Made by a program: the position numbers and the translations under genes
The notes under the pieces: generated by a model
The model's database searches: none
What the model was told of the DNA's origin: nothing
What the model saw: only the letters and a program-made list of their open reading frames with translations
NCBI GenBank assembly: GCA_052386675.1
Contig: JBQTJX010000003.1
Coordinates: 2,660-66,659 of the forward strand
DNA length: 64,000 bases
Direction of reading: 5' to 3'
From: Betaproteobacteria bacterium
GTDB lineage: Bacteria; Pseudomonadota; Gammaproteobacteria; Burkholderiales; SG8-39
Shown here: in pieces, positions 11,493 to 19,337 of the stretch
Layout of the letters: each line of letters opens with the position of its first letter
Numbering within the stretch: the stretch's first letter is position 1

Positions 11493-12122
11493 CTAGGCGG
11501 CGAATTTTATCAGACGCTCCGCCCCTTTACCGTGGCGCAGGACGAGCGGCTCCACGCCGGAGAGGTCGATCACCGTGGTGGGCTCGACGCCGCAGTGCCC
11601 GCCGTCCACCACCAGGTCCACGCTGTGCTCGAGGCGCTCCCGGATCTCGTCCGCGTCCGCCAGCGGCGCCGGGTCGCCCGGCAGGGACAGGGTCGCCGAC
11701 AGCATCGGCTCGTCGAGTTCCCCCAGCAGCGCGAGCGCCACCGGATTGTCCGGGACGCGCACGCCGATCGTCTTGCGCTTCGGGTGCATCAGCCGGCGCG
11801 GCACTTCCCGGGTCGCGCGCAGGATGAACGTGTAGCTGCCGGGCGTGGCCGAACGCAGCAGGCGGAACTGGACGTTGTCCACGATGGCGTAGGTCGCCAG
11901 TTCCGACAGGTCGCGGCACATCAGCGTCAGGTGGTGCTTGTCGTCCATGCCGCGGATCCGCCGCAGGCGCTGCACCGCCGCCGCATCCCCGAGGTGGCAG
12001 CCCAGCGCATAGCAGGAATCGGTCGGGTACGCGACCACGCCGCCCCTGCGCACGATGTCGGCGGCCTGGCGCAGCAACCGCTTCTGCGGATGCGTGGGAT
12101 GGATCCGGAATATCTGCGCCAC
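11493..12122 (-). CDS. Sua5/YciO/YrdC family protein (threonylcarbamoyl-AMP synthase-like)
   Basis: YPTDSCYALGC, TPGSYTFIL, KRKTIGVRVP, PTTVIDL. Confidence 0.92.
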   Translation of the reverse strand: MAQIFRIHPTHPQKRLLRQAADIVRRGGVVAYPTDSCYALGCHLGDAAAVQRLRRIRGMDDKHHLTLMCRDLSELATYAIVDNVQFRLLRSATPGSYTFILRATREVPRRLMHPKRKTIGVRVPDNPVALALLGELDEPMLSATLSLPGDPAPLADADEIRERLEHSVDLVVDGGHCGVEPTTVIDLSGVEPLVLRHGKGAERLIKFAA

Positions 12123-12995
12123 TCAGGGGCCCGCGAGGAAGCCTTCGATCAGCCGCGCGACCTGCTCGGGCTGGTCGTGGTGCAGCATGTGCCCGGCTTG
12201 CGCAACGGTACGGTAGGTAAGGTTCCTGAACGCAGAGCGGCGCTCCGCAAGGTCGGCGGGCGTCAGCTTCATGCGCGTGATGGTTTCCGATTCCGCGGCA
12301 TCCACCCACAGCACGGGCGCGGTGACGCGCTCCCAGCAAGCCCGCGCCTCGTCCAGGCGATACAACGTGGCATTGATCAATTTGTGTGCCGGATCGCTGC
12401 GCAGGATCACGCCACCGCCGTCGGCATCCTTGCCCCAATGGTGGGCAAGAAACTCCGCACGCTCACGGGTCAGGCGCGAATTGTTCTTCTGCAGCCTGTC
12501 GGCCAGCGCGGCGTAGCTCTGGTACGGCCGCCAGCGGGGCGCCTGCTGCAACTCGTCCATCCAGCGCGCATAACGCTTGGGCGCCTGCTCCGGCCGGGTG
12601 GCCGGCATGCCAAAGCCTTCCAGGTTGACGAAGCGCGCGATCCGGTCTGGTCGGATGCCTGCGTACAGGCCACCGACATTGCCACCGAGGCTGTGGCCGA
12701 CGAGGTTGACCGCCTGCCCGGGCTGGACGCCTTCCAGCAGCGCGTCCAGGTCACCGAGATAGTCGGGGAACCAGTAGTTGTCCGAACCCGACCACGCGGT
12801 CAGGCCGTAGCCGCGCCAGTCCGGCGCGTAGACGTCCCAGTCCGCCGCCAGCGCATCAACCAGGAACTGGAACGAGGCAGACACGTCCATCCAGCCGTGG
12901 AGCAGGAACATCCGGCGTGACGGATCGCCCTTCCAGTGGCGCACGTGGTAACGCAGGCCGCGGATGTCTAGGAAACGGGATTCGCTGGGTCGCAT
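12123..12995 (-). CDS. Alpha/beta hydrolase
   Basis: LLHGWMD, APDWRGYG, nucleophile motif GHSLGG, C-terminal GHMLHHDQP; ATG 12995 chosen over the ORF-track start 13019. Confidence 0.9.
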   Translation of the reverse strand: MRPSESRFLDIRGLRYHVRHWKGDPSRRMFLLHGWMDVSASFQFLVDALAADWDVYAPDWRGYGLTAWSGSDNYWFPDYLGDLDALLEGVQPGQAVNLVGHSLGGNVGGLYAGIRPDRIARFVNLEGFGMPATRPEQAPKRYARWMDELQQAPRWRPYQSYAALADRLQKNNSRLTRERAEFLAHHWGKDADGGGVILRSDPAHKLINATLYRLDEARACWERVTAPVLWVDAAESETITRMKLTPADLAERRSAFRNLTYRTVAQAGHMLHHDQPEQVARLIEGFLAGP

Positions 12996-13021
12996 GGCGG
13001 GCGCTATGATACCGGCCAACC

Positions 13022-13567
13022 ATGCCCATCTACTCGCTCGGGGACCGCCGTGTCGAATTCCGCGGCGGTCATCACTTCATTGCGCACGACGCCACGCTCG
13101 CCGGCTCCATCGTGCTGGAGGACGAGGTCAGCATCTGGTTCGGCGTCATGATCCGCGCCGACAATGACCGCATCCTCATCGGCGCGCAGACCAACATCCA
13201 GGACGGCTCTGTGCTGCACGTGGATCCGGGTTATCCAATGGTGCTGGGGCGCGGCGTCACCATCGGCCACAAGGTTATGCTGCATGGCTGCAGCGTCGGC
13301 GACGGCGCGCTGGTGGGCATCAACAGCGTGGTGATGAACGGAGCGAAAATCGGCGCCGGCGCGCTGATCGGCGCCAACTCGCTCATCGCCGAGGGCAAGG
13401 ACATCCCGCCGGGCGTGCTGGTCATGGGCTCTCCAGGCAAGGTCGTCCGTGAACTGACGGCGCAGGAGAAGGAGCGCCTGCCGCTCATCGCGGCAGGTTA
13501 CGTGGCGCGCTCGCGCCTGTTCCGGGAGGAACTCAGGGAACAGCCCCTGCCGCCCTCCGCCAGGTAA
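13022..13567 (+). CDS. Gamma carbonic anhydrase family (hexapeptide repeat) protein
   Basis: IRADNDRILIGAQTNIQDGSVLH, VTIGHKVMLHGCSVG. Confidence 0.93.
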   Translation: MPIYSLGDRRVEFRGGHHFIAHDATLAGSIVLEDEVSIWFGVMIRADNDRILIGAQTNIQDGSVLHVDPGYPMVLGRGVTIGHKVMLHGCSVGDGALVGINSVVMNGAKIGAGALIGANSLIAEGKDIPPGVLVMGSPGKVVRELTAQEKERLPLIAAGYVARSRLFREELREQPLPPSAR

Positions 13568-13596
13568 ACCAGGTTTTCGGTTGGGGAGGGGGCACG

Positions 13597-13616
13597 GGGG
13601 AACCGTAGGGTTCCCC
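13597..13616. terminator. GC-rich hairpin between convergent genes (bidirectional terminator or REP-like)
   Basis: GGGGAACC-GTAG-GGTTCCCC perfect stem; extendable with G-U pairs; no U tract. Confidence 0.45.
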
Positions 13617-13628
13617 TGTACCCGCTTC

Positions 13629-14390
13629 TTACTTTGGCGCCATGCGTATGGCGCCGTCCAGGCGGATGGTCTCGCCGTTCAGCATTTCGTTCTCCACGAT
13701 CTGCCGCGCCAGTTGCGCGTACTCCGGTGCGCGTCCCAGCCGCGACGGGAACGGCACCATCTTGCCCAGCGAATCGCGCACCTCGTCGGGCATGCCCAGC
13801 AGCATCGGGGTCTCGAATATGCCGGGGGCGATGGTGCAGACGCGGATGCCGTTGCGCGACAGGTCACGCGCGATCGGCAGGGTCATGCCGACGATGCCGC
13901 CCTTGGACGCCGAGTAGGCCGCCTGCCCGATCTGGCCGTCGTAGGCCGCGACCGAGGCGGTGTTGATGATCACGCCACGCTCGCCGGCAGCGTTCGGCCC
14001 GGCATTGGCCATGGCGAAGGCCGCGAGCCGGATCATGTTGAAGCTGCCGATCAGGTTGATGCCGATCACCTTGCTGAAGTGGGCCAGGCTGTGGGGCCCG
14101 TCCTTGCCGAGGGTGCGCTCGGCGGTGCCGATGCCGGCGCAGTTGACCAGCACGTGCAGGCCACCGAAGGCCGACACTGCCGCATCGACCGCCGCCTTGC
14201 CGTCGGCCTCGCTGGTGACGTCGCATTTCGCGAACCGGCCGCCCAGTTCCTTCGCGAGTTTCTCGCCCGCCTCGACCTGCAGGTCGGCCAGCACCACTTT
14301 GCCACCATTCTCCGCCGCCATGCGGGCGGTCGCCGCGCCCAGGCCCGAGGCTCCGCCGGTGATGAGGAACACACTGTTCTTGATCTGCAT
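13629..14390 (-). CDS. SDR family 3-hydroxyacyl-CoA dehydrogenase (HSD10-like)
   Basis: [15 protein letters not shown], catalytic [17 protein letters not shown]. Confidence 0.93.
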   Translation of the reverse strand: MQIKNSVFLITGGASGLGAATARMAAENGGKVVLADLQVEAGEKLAKELGGRFAKCDVTSEADGKAAVDAAVSAFGGLHVLVNCAGIGTAERTLGKDGPHSLAHFSKVIGINLIGSFNMIRLAAFAMANAGPNAAGERGVIINTASVAAYDGQIGQAAYSASKGGIVGMTLPIARDLSRNGIRVCTIAPGIFETPMLLGMPDEVRDSLGKMVPFPSRLGRAPEYAQLARQIVENEMLNGETIRLDGAIRMAPK

Positions 14391-14488
14391 CGCAACCCCC
14401 CGCTCGAAAGGAACGGGATGCTAATGCCTTCCCCGGGGCATATCAATATGCCGCCGCGCCGTCCGTATAATGGTTTGGCCCCCAAACA

Positions 14489-17400
14489 ATGACCGCCATG
14501 AGCCTCGCTTTCGACACCAAGCCGGACGACCTGTACTCGCGCGACGGACTTGCGCGGCTGGATGCGCGCTTCCTCGCGTTCCTCTCGGAAGCAGACGCCG
14601 CGCTGCGCGCGCGCCTGGAGGCGGCGCGCCAGGATCCGTCAGCACTTGCCGTGAAGGCGGAGTCCGAGTTGCTGGTGGCACTGGCCCCGCACCTCGAAGA
14701 CTTCCTCGCCCGGCTGTTCGGCGTCCTGCCGGAAGCCCAGGCCCTGGCGGCGCGCCACCACGAGCTCGCCCCGCTCTACTCCGTGAAGCGGCTGTTCGTC
14801 CAGCGGCGTGCGCAGCACAAGGTGAAGCCGGAGGACGCCAGGCCGGATGGTTTCACCTTCTCCAGCGAGCTGGATTTTGCCAGCCAGGTGACTGCCTGGC
14901 TGGAGGACGAGGCCGCGAACGCCGACCAGCTGGAAGGCGCCGCGCGCTACGCCGCCTGGGCATTGTCGACGCCCGAGGGCAAGGCGAAGCACCGCGCCGG
15001 CGTGCTGTTCAAGACGCCGCCCAAGCTCGACTTCATGCGCCTGGTGCCGGTCCATACGGACGATTCGCACGGCTATGCGCGGCACAGCCTGGAACACCTG
15101 CGGCAGCGCGACGGGTTCGCGCTCACCGATCCCGGGACCGACCTCGCCGGCGCGCTGGACCAGGCGAACTACTGCATCTGGTGCCACGAGCAGGGGAAGG
15201 ACTCCTGCTCCAAAGGCCTGAAGGAGAAGGCACCGTCAACGGCATACAAGCAGACGGTGTTCAAAGTCACCCTCGCCGGCTGCCCGCTGGAGGAGAAGAT
15301 CTCCGAGTTCCACATGGTGAAGACGCGCGGCCAGCCACTGGCGGCGCTGGCCATCATCTGCGTCGACAACCCGATGGTGGCGGCCACCGGCCACCGCATA
15401 TGCAACGACTGCATGAAGGCCTGCATCTACCAGAAGCAGGCGCCGGTGGACATCCCGCAGGCCGAGACGCGCACACTCAAGGACGTGCTGGAACTCCCCT
15501 GGGGTTTCGAGATCTACTCGCTGCTAACGCGCTGGAATCCGCTCAACCTGCGCCGGCCGCTGCCGCTGCCCGACAGCGGAAAAAAGGTGCTGGTGGTGGG
15601 ACTCGGCCCCGCCGGCTTCACCCTGGCGCATCACTTGATGAACGACGGCCACAGCGTGGTCGGCATCGACGGCCTCAAGATCGAGCCGCTGCCTGCGGCG
15701 CTGGCGCAAGGTGGCGCGCTGGTGCGCGACGCTTCGGCGCTGAAGGAGCCGCTGCAGGACCGCGTCATGGCGGGCTTTGGCGGGGTCGCGGAGTACGGCA
15801 TCACCGTGCGCTGGGACAAGAACTTCCTCAAGGTGATCCGGCTGCTGCTGGAGCGGCGCCGGGAGTTCGCGATGTTCGGCGGTGTGCGTTTCGGCGGCAC
15901 CCTGACGCTGGAGGACGCCTGGGCCCTTGGCTTCGACCATGTCGCGCTGTGCATCGGCGCAGGCAAGCCCACTGTGCTCGACATTCCCAACGGACTCGCG
16001 CGCGGCGTGCGCGCGGCGTCGGATTTCCTGATGGCGCTGCAGCTCACCGGCGCGGCCAAGGCCGATTCCATCGCCAACATGCAACTGCGCCTGCCGGTGG
16101 TGGTGGTGGGCGGCGGCCTGACCGCCATCGACACCGCGACCGAGTCCCTCGCCTACTACACGGTGCAGGTGGAAAAGTTCCTCGCCCGCTACGAGATGCT
16201 GGCAAAGGAGCTCGGCGAAAACGTCGTGCGCGAAAATTGGGACGATCAGGAGCGCGAGATCGCCGAGGAATACCTCGCCCATGGCCGCGCCCTGCGCGAG
16301 GCGCCCCCGGAACGGCGCACCGAGCTGCTCCAGAAATGGGGCGGCGTCACCATCGCCTATCGCCGCCGCCTGGTGGACAGCCCCTCCTACACCCTGAACC
16401 ACGAGGAAGTGGAGAAGGCGCTGGAGGAAGGCATCTGGTTCGCCGAGGGCTTGACGCCTGTCGCGGTGGACGTGGACAACTACGGCGCGGTGCGCGGCAT
16501 GCGCCTGAAGGCGGACGACGGCAAGGAGCACTGGCTTCCCGCCCACACCGTGTTCGTCGCGGCAGGGACGCAGCCGAACACCGTGCTCGCCCGCGAGGAC
16601 GGGAGCCACTTCCGCCTCGACGGCCGGTATTTCGCCGCGTGTGATGACGAAGGCCGCCCGGTGAAGCCGCAATCCTCGGCCTCGAAGCCGGAGACGGTGA
16701 ACGTACTGCTGTCGCGCGCCGCCGACGGGCGCTTCGTCAGCTATTTCGGCGACGTGCACCCGTCGTACTTCGGCAACGTGGTGAAGGCCATGGGCTCGGC
16801 CAAGCAGGGCTATCCGGTGGTGTCGGGCGTGCTGGCAAAGCGCGCGCCGGCGTCGAAGCAGCCGCGAGAGGCTTTCGTTGCCGGGCTGAAGGACCAGCTG
16901 CTCGCGCGCGTCGAGCGCGTGGAACGCCTCACCCCCACCATCGTCGAAGTGGTGGTCCGCGCGCCGCTGGCGGCGCGGAAATTCCAGCCCGGACAGTTCT
17001 ACCGCCTGCAGAACTTCGAGACGCTGGCGCCGGTTGCGAGCGGAACCCGCCTGCAGATGGAAGGGCTCGCCCTCACCGGTGCCTGGGTGGATCGCGAGCA
17101 GGGACTCGTGTCCACAATCGTGCTGGAGATGGGCGGCTCCTCGGACCTCTGCGCCCTGCTCAAGCCTGGCGAACCGGTGATCCTGATGGGCCCCACCGGC
17201 GCGCCGACCGAGATAACCGGCGGCGAGACGGTCGTGCTGTGCGGCGGCGGCCTCGGCAATGCGGTGCTGTTCTCGATCGGCCAGGCCTTCCGCGCCGCCG
17301 GCTCGAAGGTGCTCTATTTCGCCGGCTACAAGAAGGCCATCGACCGCTACAAGGTGGACGACATCGAAAAGGCTGCCGATGTGGTGATCTGGTGCTGCGA

Positions 17401-17878
17401 CGAGCAGCCTGGCTTCCAGCCGCGCCGGCCGCAGGACCGAGCCTTCGTCGGCAACATCGTGCAGGCAATGGAGTGGTATGCCAACGGCAGGCTCGGCGAG
17501 CAGAAGCTGTCCATGGGCGCGGCCGACCGGCTGATCGCCATCGGCTCGGACCGGATGATGGCCGCGGTGGGCCGGGCCCGCCACGATGTCCTCAAGCCGC
17601 ACCTGAAGCCCGCGCACTTCGCCATCGGCTCCATCAACTCGCCTATGCAATGCATGATGAAGGAGATCTGCGCGCAGTGCCTGCAGCCGCACCGGGACCC
17701 GGCCACCGGCGAGACGAGTTACGTCTTTTCCTGCTTCAACCAGGACCAGGACCTCGACCAGGTGGATTTCAAGGCCTTGAACGAGCGCCTCAAGCAGAAC
17801 TCGCTGGCCGAGAAGATCACGGCGCGCTGGCTTGCGCGCTGCCTGCCGGCGCGGGGCGCGGCGAAGCCCGCCGTGTAA
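14489..17878 (+). CDS. Fused Fe-S flavoprotein: GltD/NfnB-like domain followed by an NfnA/PyrK-like FAD/NAD/[2Fe-2S] domain
   Basis: Fe-S motifs CIWCHEQGKDSC, GCPLEEKISE, ICNDCMKAC; Rossmann motifs VVGLGPAG and VVGGGLTAID; C-terminal FQPGQFYRL, LCGGGLGNA, SPMQCMMKEICAQC...SCFNQ. Confidence 0.85.
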   Translation: MTAMSLAFDTKPDDLYSRDGLARLDARFLAFLSEADAALRARLEAARQDPSALAVKAESELLVALAPHLEDFLARLFGVLPEAQALAARHHELAPLYSVKRLFVQRRAQHKVKPEDARPDGFTFSSELDFASQVTAWLEDEAANADQLEGAARYAAWALSTPEGKAKHRAGVLFKTPPKLDFMRLVPVHTDDSHGYARHSLEHLRQRDGFALTDPGTDLAGALDQANYCIWCHEQGKDSCSKGLKEKAPSTAYKQTVFKVTLAGCPLEEKISEFHMVKTRGQPLAALAIICVDNPMVAATGHRICNDCMKACIYQKQAPVDIPQAETRTLKDVLELPWGFEIYSLLTRWNPLNLRRPLPLPDSGKKVLVVGLGPAGFTLAHHLMNDGHSVVGIDGLKIEPLPAALAQGGALVRDASALKEPLQDRVMAGFGGVAEYGITVRWDKNFLKVIRLLLERRREFAMFGGVRFGGTLTLEDAWALGFDHVALCIGAGKPTVLDIPNGLARGVRAASDFLMALQLTGAAKADSIANMQLRLPVVVVGGGLTAIDTATESLAYYTVQVEKFLARYEMLAKELGENVVRENWDDQEREIAEEYLAHGRALREAPPERRTELLQKWGGVTIAYRRRLVDSPSYTLNHEEVEKALEEGIWFAEGLTPVAVDVDNYGAVRGMRLKADDGKEHWLPAHTVFVAAGTQPNTVLAREDGSHFRLDGRYFAACDDEGRPVKPQSSASKPETVNVLLSRAADGRFVSYFGDVHPSYFGNVVKAMGSAKQGYPVVSGVLAKRAPASKQPREAFVAGLKDQLLARVERVERLTPTIVEVVVRAPLAARKFQPGQFYRLQNFETLAPVASGTRLQMEGLALTGAWVDREQGLVSTIVLEMGGSSDLCALLKPGEPVILMGPTGAPTEITGGETVVLCGGGLGNAVLFSIGQAFRAAGSKVLYFAGYKKAIDRYKVDDIEKAADVVIWCCDEQPGFQPRRPQDRAFVGNIVQAMEWYANGRLGEQKLSMGAADRLIAIGSDRMMAAVGRARHDVLKPHLKPAHFAIGSINSPMQCMMKEICAQCLQPHRDPATGETSYVFSCFNQDQDLDQVDFKALNERLKQNSLAEKITARWLARCLPARGAAKPAV

Positions 17879-17891
17879 CCGATCGGTTACA
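17874..17891. repeat. Perfect 18-bp palindrome TGTAACCGATCGGTTACA, copy 1
   Basis: Self-complementary; identical copy at 41845-41862; overlaps the TAA stop of the upstream gene. Confidence 0.9.
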
Positions 17892-17904
17892 TTGGAGGCC
17901 CGGC

Positions 17905-17941
17905 TTGACAGGCTATACAAGTCTTATATAAGATTTGTATA
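17905..17941 (+). promoter_or_regulatory. Sigma70 promoter overlapped by a 28-bp near-perfect palindromic operator
   Basis: TTGACA (17905-17910), -10 candidates TATAAG/TAAGAT (17927-17934); palindrome TATACAAGTCTTATATAAGATTTGTATA at 17914-17941 with one mismatched pair; AT-rich island in GC-rich DNA. Confidence 0.8.
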
Positions 17942-18144
17942 TGTCCAAGGTAAAATCCAAGATCAGCACCTTCTCCGCCGCCCCGCGTGACCTGGAGATG
18001 CTGGAGGTCGTGGCCCGCTACCACGGCACCAACAAGAGCGCCACGATCGTCAGCCTGGTGCGCCGCGAGTTCTGGCGCGCCTTCCCGGGCGGCACCGACC
18101 GGATTCGCCCCGACCGGGGCGCAAAAGTCGAAGGACACAAATGA
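17941..18144 (+). CDS. Small ribbon-helix-helix (CopG/MetJ-like) DNA-binding protein
   Basis: 67 aa; strand ISTFSA, helix PRDLEMLEVVARYH, turn GTNKS, helix ATIVSLVRREF; stop overlaps the SBP ATG (ATGA at 18141-18144). Confidence 0.7.
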   Translation: MSKVKSKISTFSAAPRDLEMLEVVARYHGTNKSATIVSLVRREFWRAFPGGTDRIRPDRGAKVEGHK

Positions 18145-19322
18145 AACGCCTGCTCCCGCTGCTCGCCGTACTTGTCCTGTCCTCCGGCGCCTACGCCCAG
18201 CCGGTCCGCATCGGCGAACTGAACAGCTACAAGGTTTTCCCGGCCTTCCTCGAACCCTACAAGAAGGGCATGGAGCTCGCCCTCGAGGAGATCAACGCCG
18301 CGGGCGGCGTTCTGGGCCGCAAGCTCGAACTGGTGACGCGCGACGACGGCGGCACGCCTGGCGACGCGGTGCGGGTGGCCGAAGAACTGATCACGCGCGA
18401 CAAGGCCCATGTCCTCATGGGCACCTTCGCCTCGCACGTGGGCCTCGCGGTGGCGAACCTCGCCAACCAGCGCAAGGTGCTGTTCCTCGCCTCGGAGCCG
18501 CTCACCGACAAGATGGTGTGGGACAACGGCAACCGCTACACCTTCCGCCTCAGGCCATCCACCTACATGCAGACCGCAATGCTGATTCCGGAGGCGGCGA
18601 AGCTGAAGAAAAGGCGCTGGGCCATCGTCTACCCGAACTACGAGTACGGCCAGTCGGCCACAGCGTCCTTCAAGCGGCTGCTGAAGCAGGCGCAACCGGA
18701 CGTGGAATTCGTCGCCGAACAGGCGCCGCCCCTTGGCAAGATCGACGCGGGCGCCGTGGTGCAGGCGCTGGCCGACGCGAAGCCGGACGCCATCTTCTCC
18801 TCGCTCTTCGCCGCCGACCTGCAGCGCTTCGTGCGCGAAGGCAACACGCGCGGCCTGTTCAAGGGCCGCGCGGTGTTCAACCTGCTCGCCGGCGAACCGG
18901 AATACCTCGACACGCTCAAGGACGAGACCCCCGAGGGCTGGTGGGTCACCGGCTATCCGTGGTCCGAGATCCGGACGCCGGCCCACCAGAAGTTCCTCGC
19001 CGCCTACCAGGCCAGGTGGAAGGACTACCCGCGCCAGGGTTCCGTGGTGGGCTACTCCGCGGTGCACACGGTCGCCAACGCCATCCGCCGCGCCGGCGCC
19101 ACCGACACCGAGAAGCTGGTCGAGGCGATGAAAGGCCTAGAGATGCCCACGCCATTCGGCCCGATCGTGTGGCGCGCGCTGGACCACCAGTCCACCATGG
19201 GCGCCTACGTAGGGCAGCTCGCCCGCAAGGCCGGCAAGGGCGTGATGGTCAACTGGCGCTTCGCCGACGGGGCGAACTTCCTGCCGCCGTTCGAAGAGAT
19301 TCGCGCGCTGCGCAAGGACTGA
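18141..19322 (+). CDS. ABC transporter substrate-binding protein, LivJ/LivK (HAAT) type
   Basis: Signal peptide; ELALEEINAAGGVLGRKLELVTRDDGG; followed by permease and ATPase genes. Confidence 0.92.
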   Translation: MKRLLPLLAVLVLSSGAYAQPVRIGELNSYKVFPAFLEPYKKGMELALEEINAAGGVLGRKLELVTRDDGGTPGDAVRVAEELITRDKAHVLMGTFASHVGLAVANLANQRKVLFLASEPLTDKMVWDNGNRYTFRLRPSTYMQTAMLIPEAAKLKKRRWAIVYPNYEYGQSATASFKRLLKQAQPDVEFVAEQAPPLGKIDAGAVVQALADAKPDAIFSSLFAADLQRFVREGNTRGLFKGRAVFNLLAGEPEYLDTLKDETPEGWWVTGYPWSEIRTPAHQKFLAAYQARWKDYPRQGSVVGYSAVHTVANAIRRAGATDTEKLVEAMKGLEMPTPFGPIVWRALDHQSTMGAYVGQLARKAGKGVMVNWRFADGANFLPPFEEIRALRKD

Positions 19323-19337
19323 GCGCCGGCACTTCTC

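Noticed and set aside
13597-13616. GGGGAACC-GTAG-GGTTCCCC as a third repeat family
   Set aside because: Only one copy seen in this window; kept as a hairpin feature only
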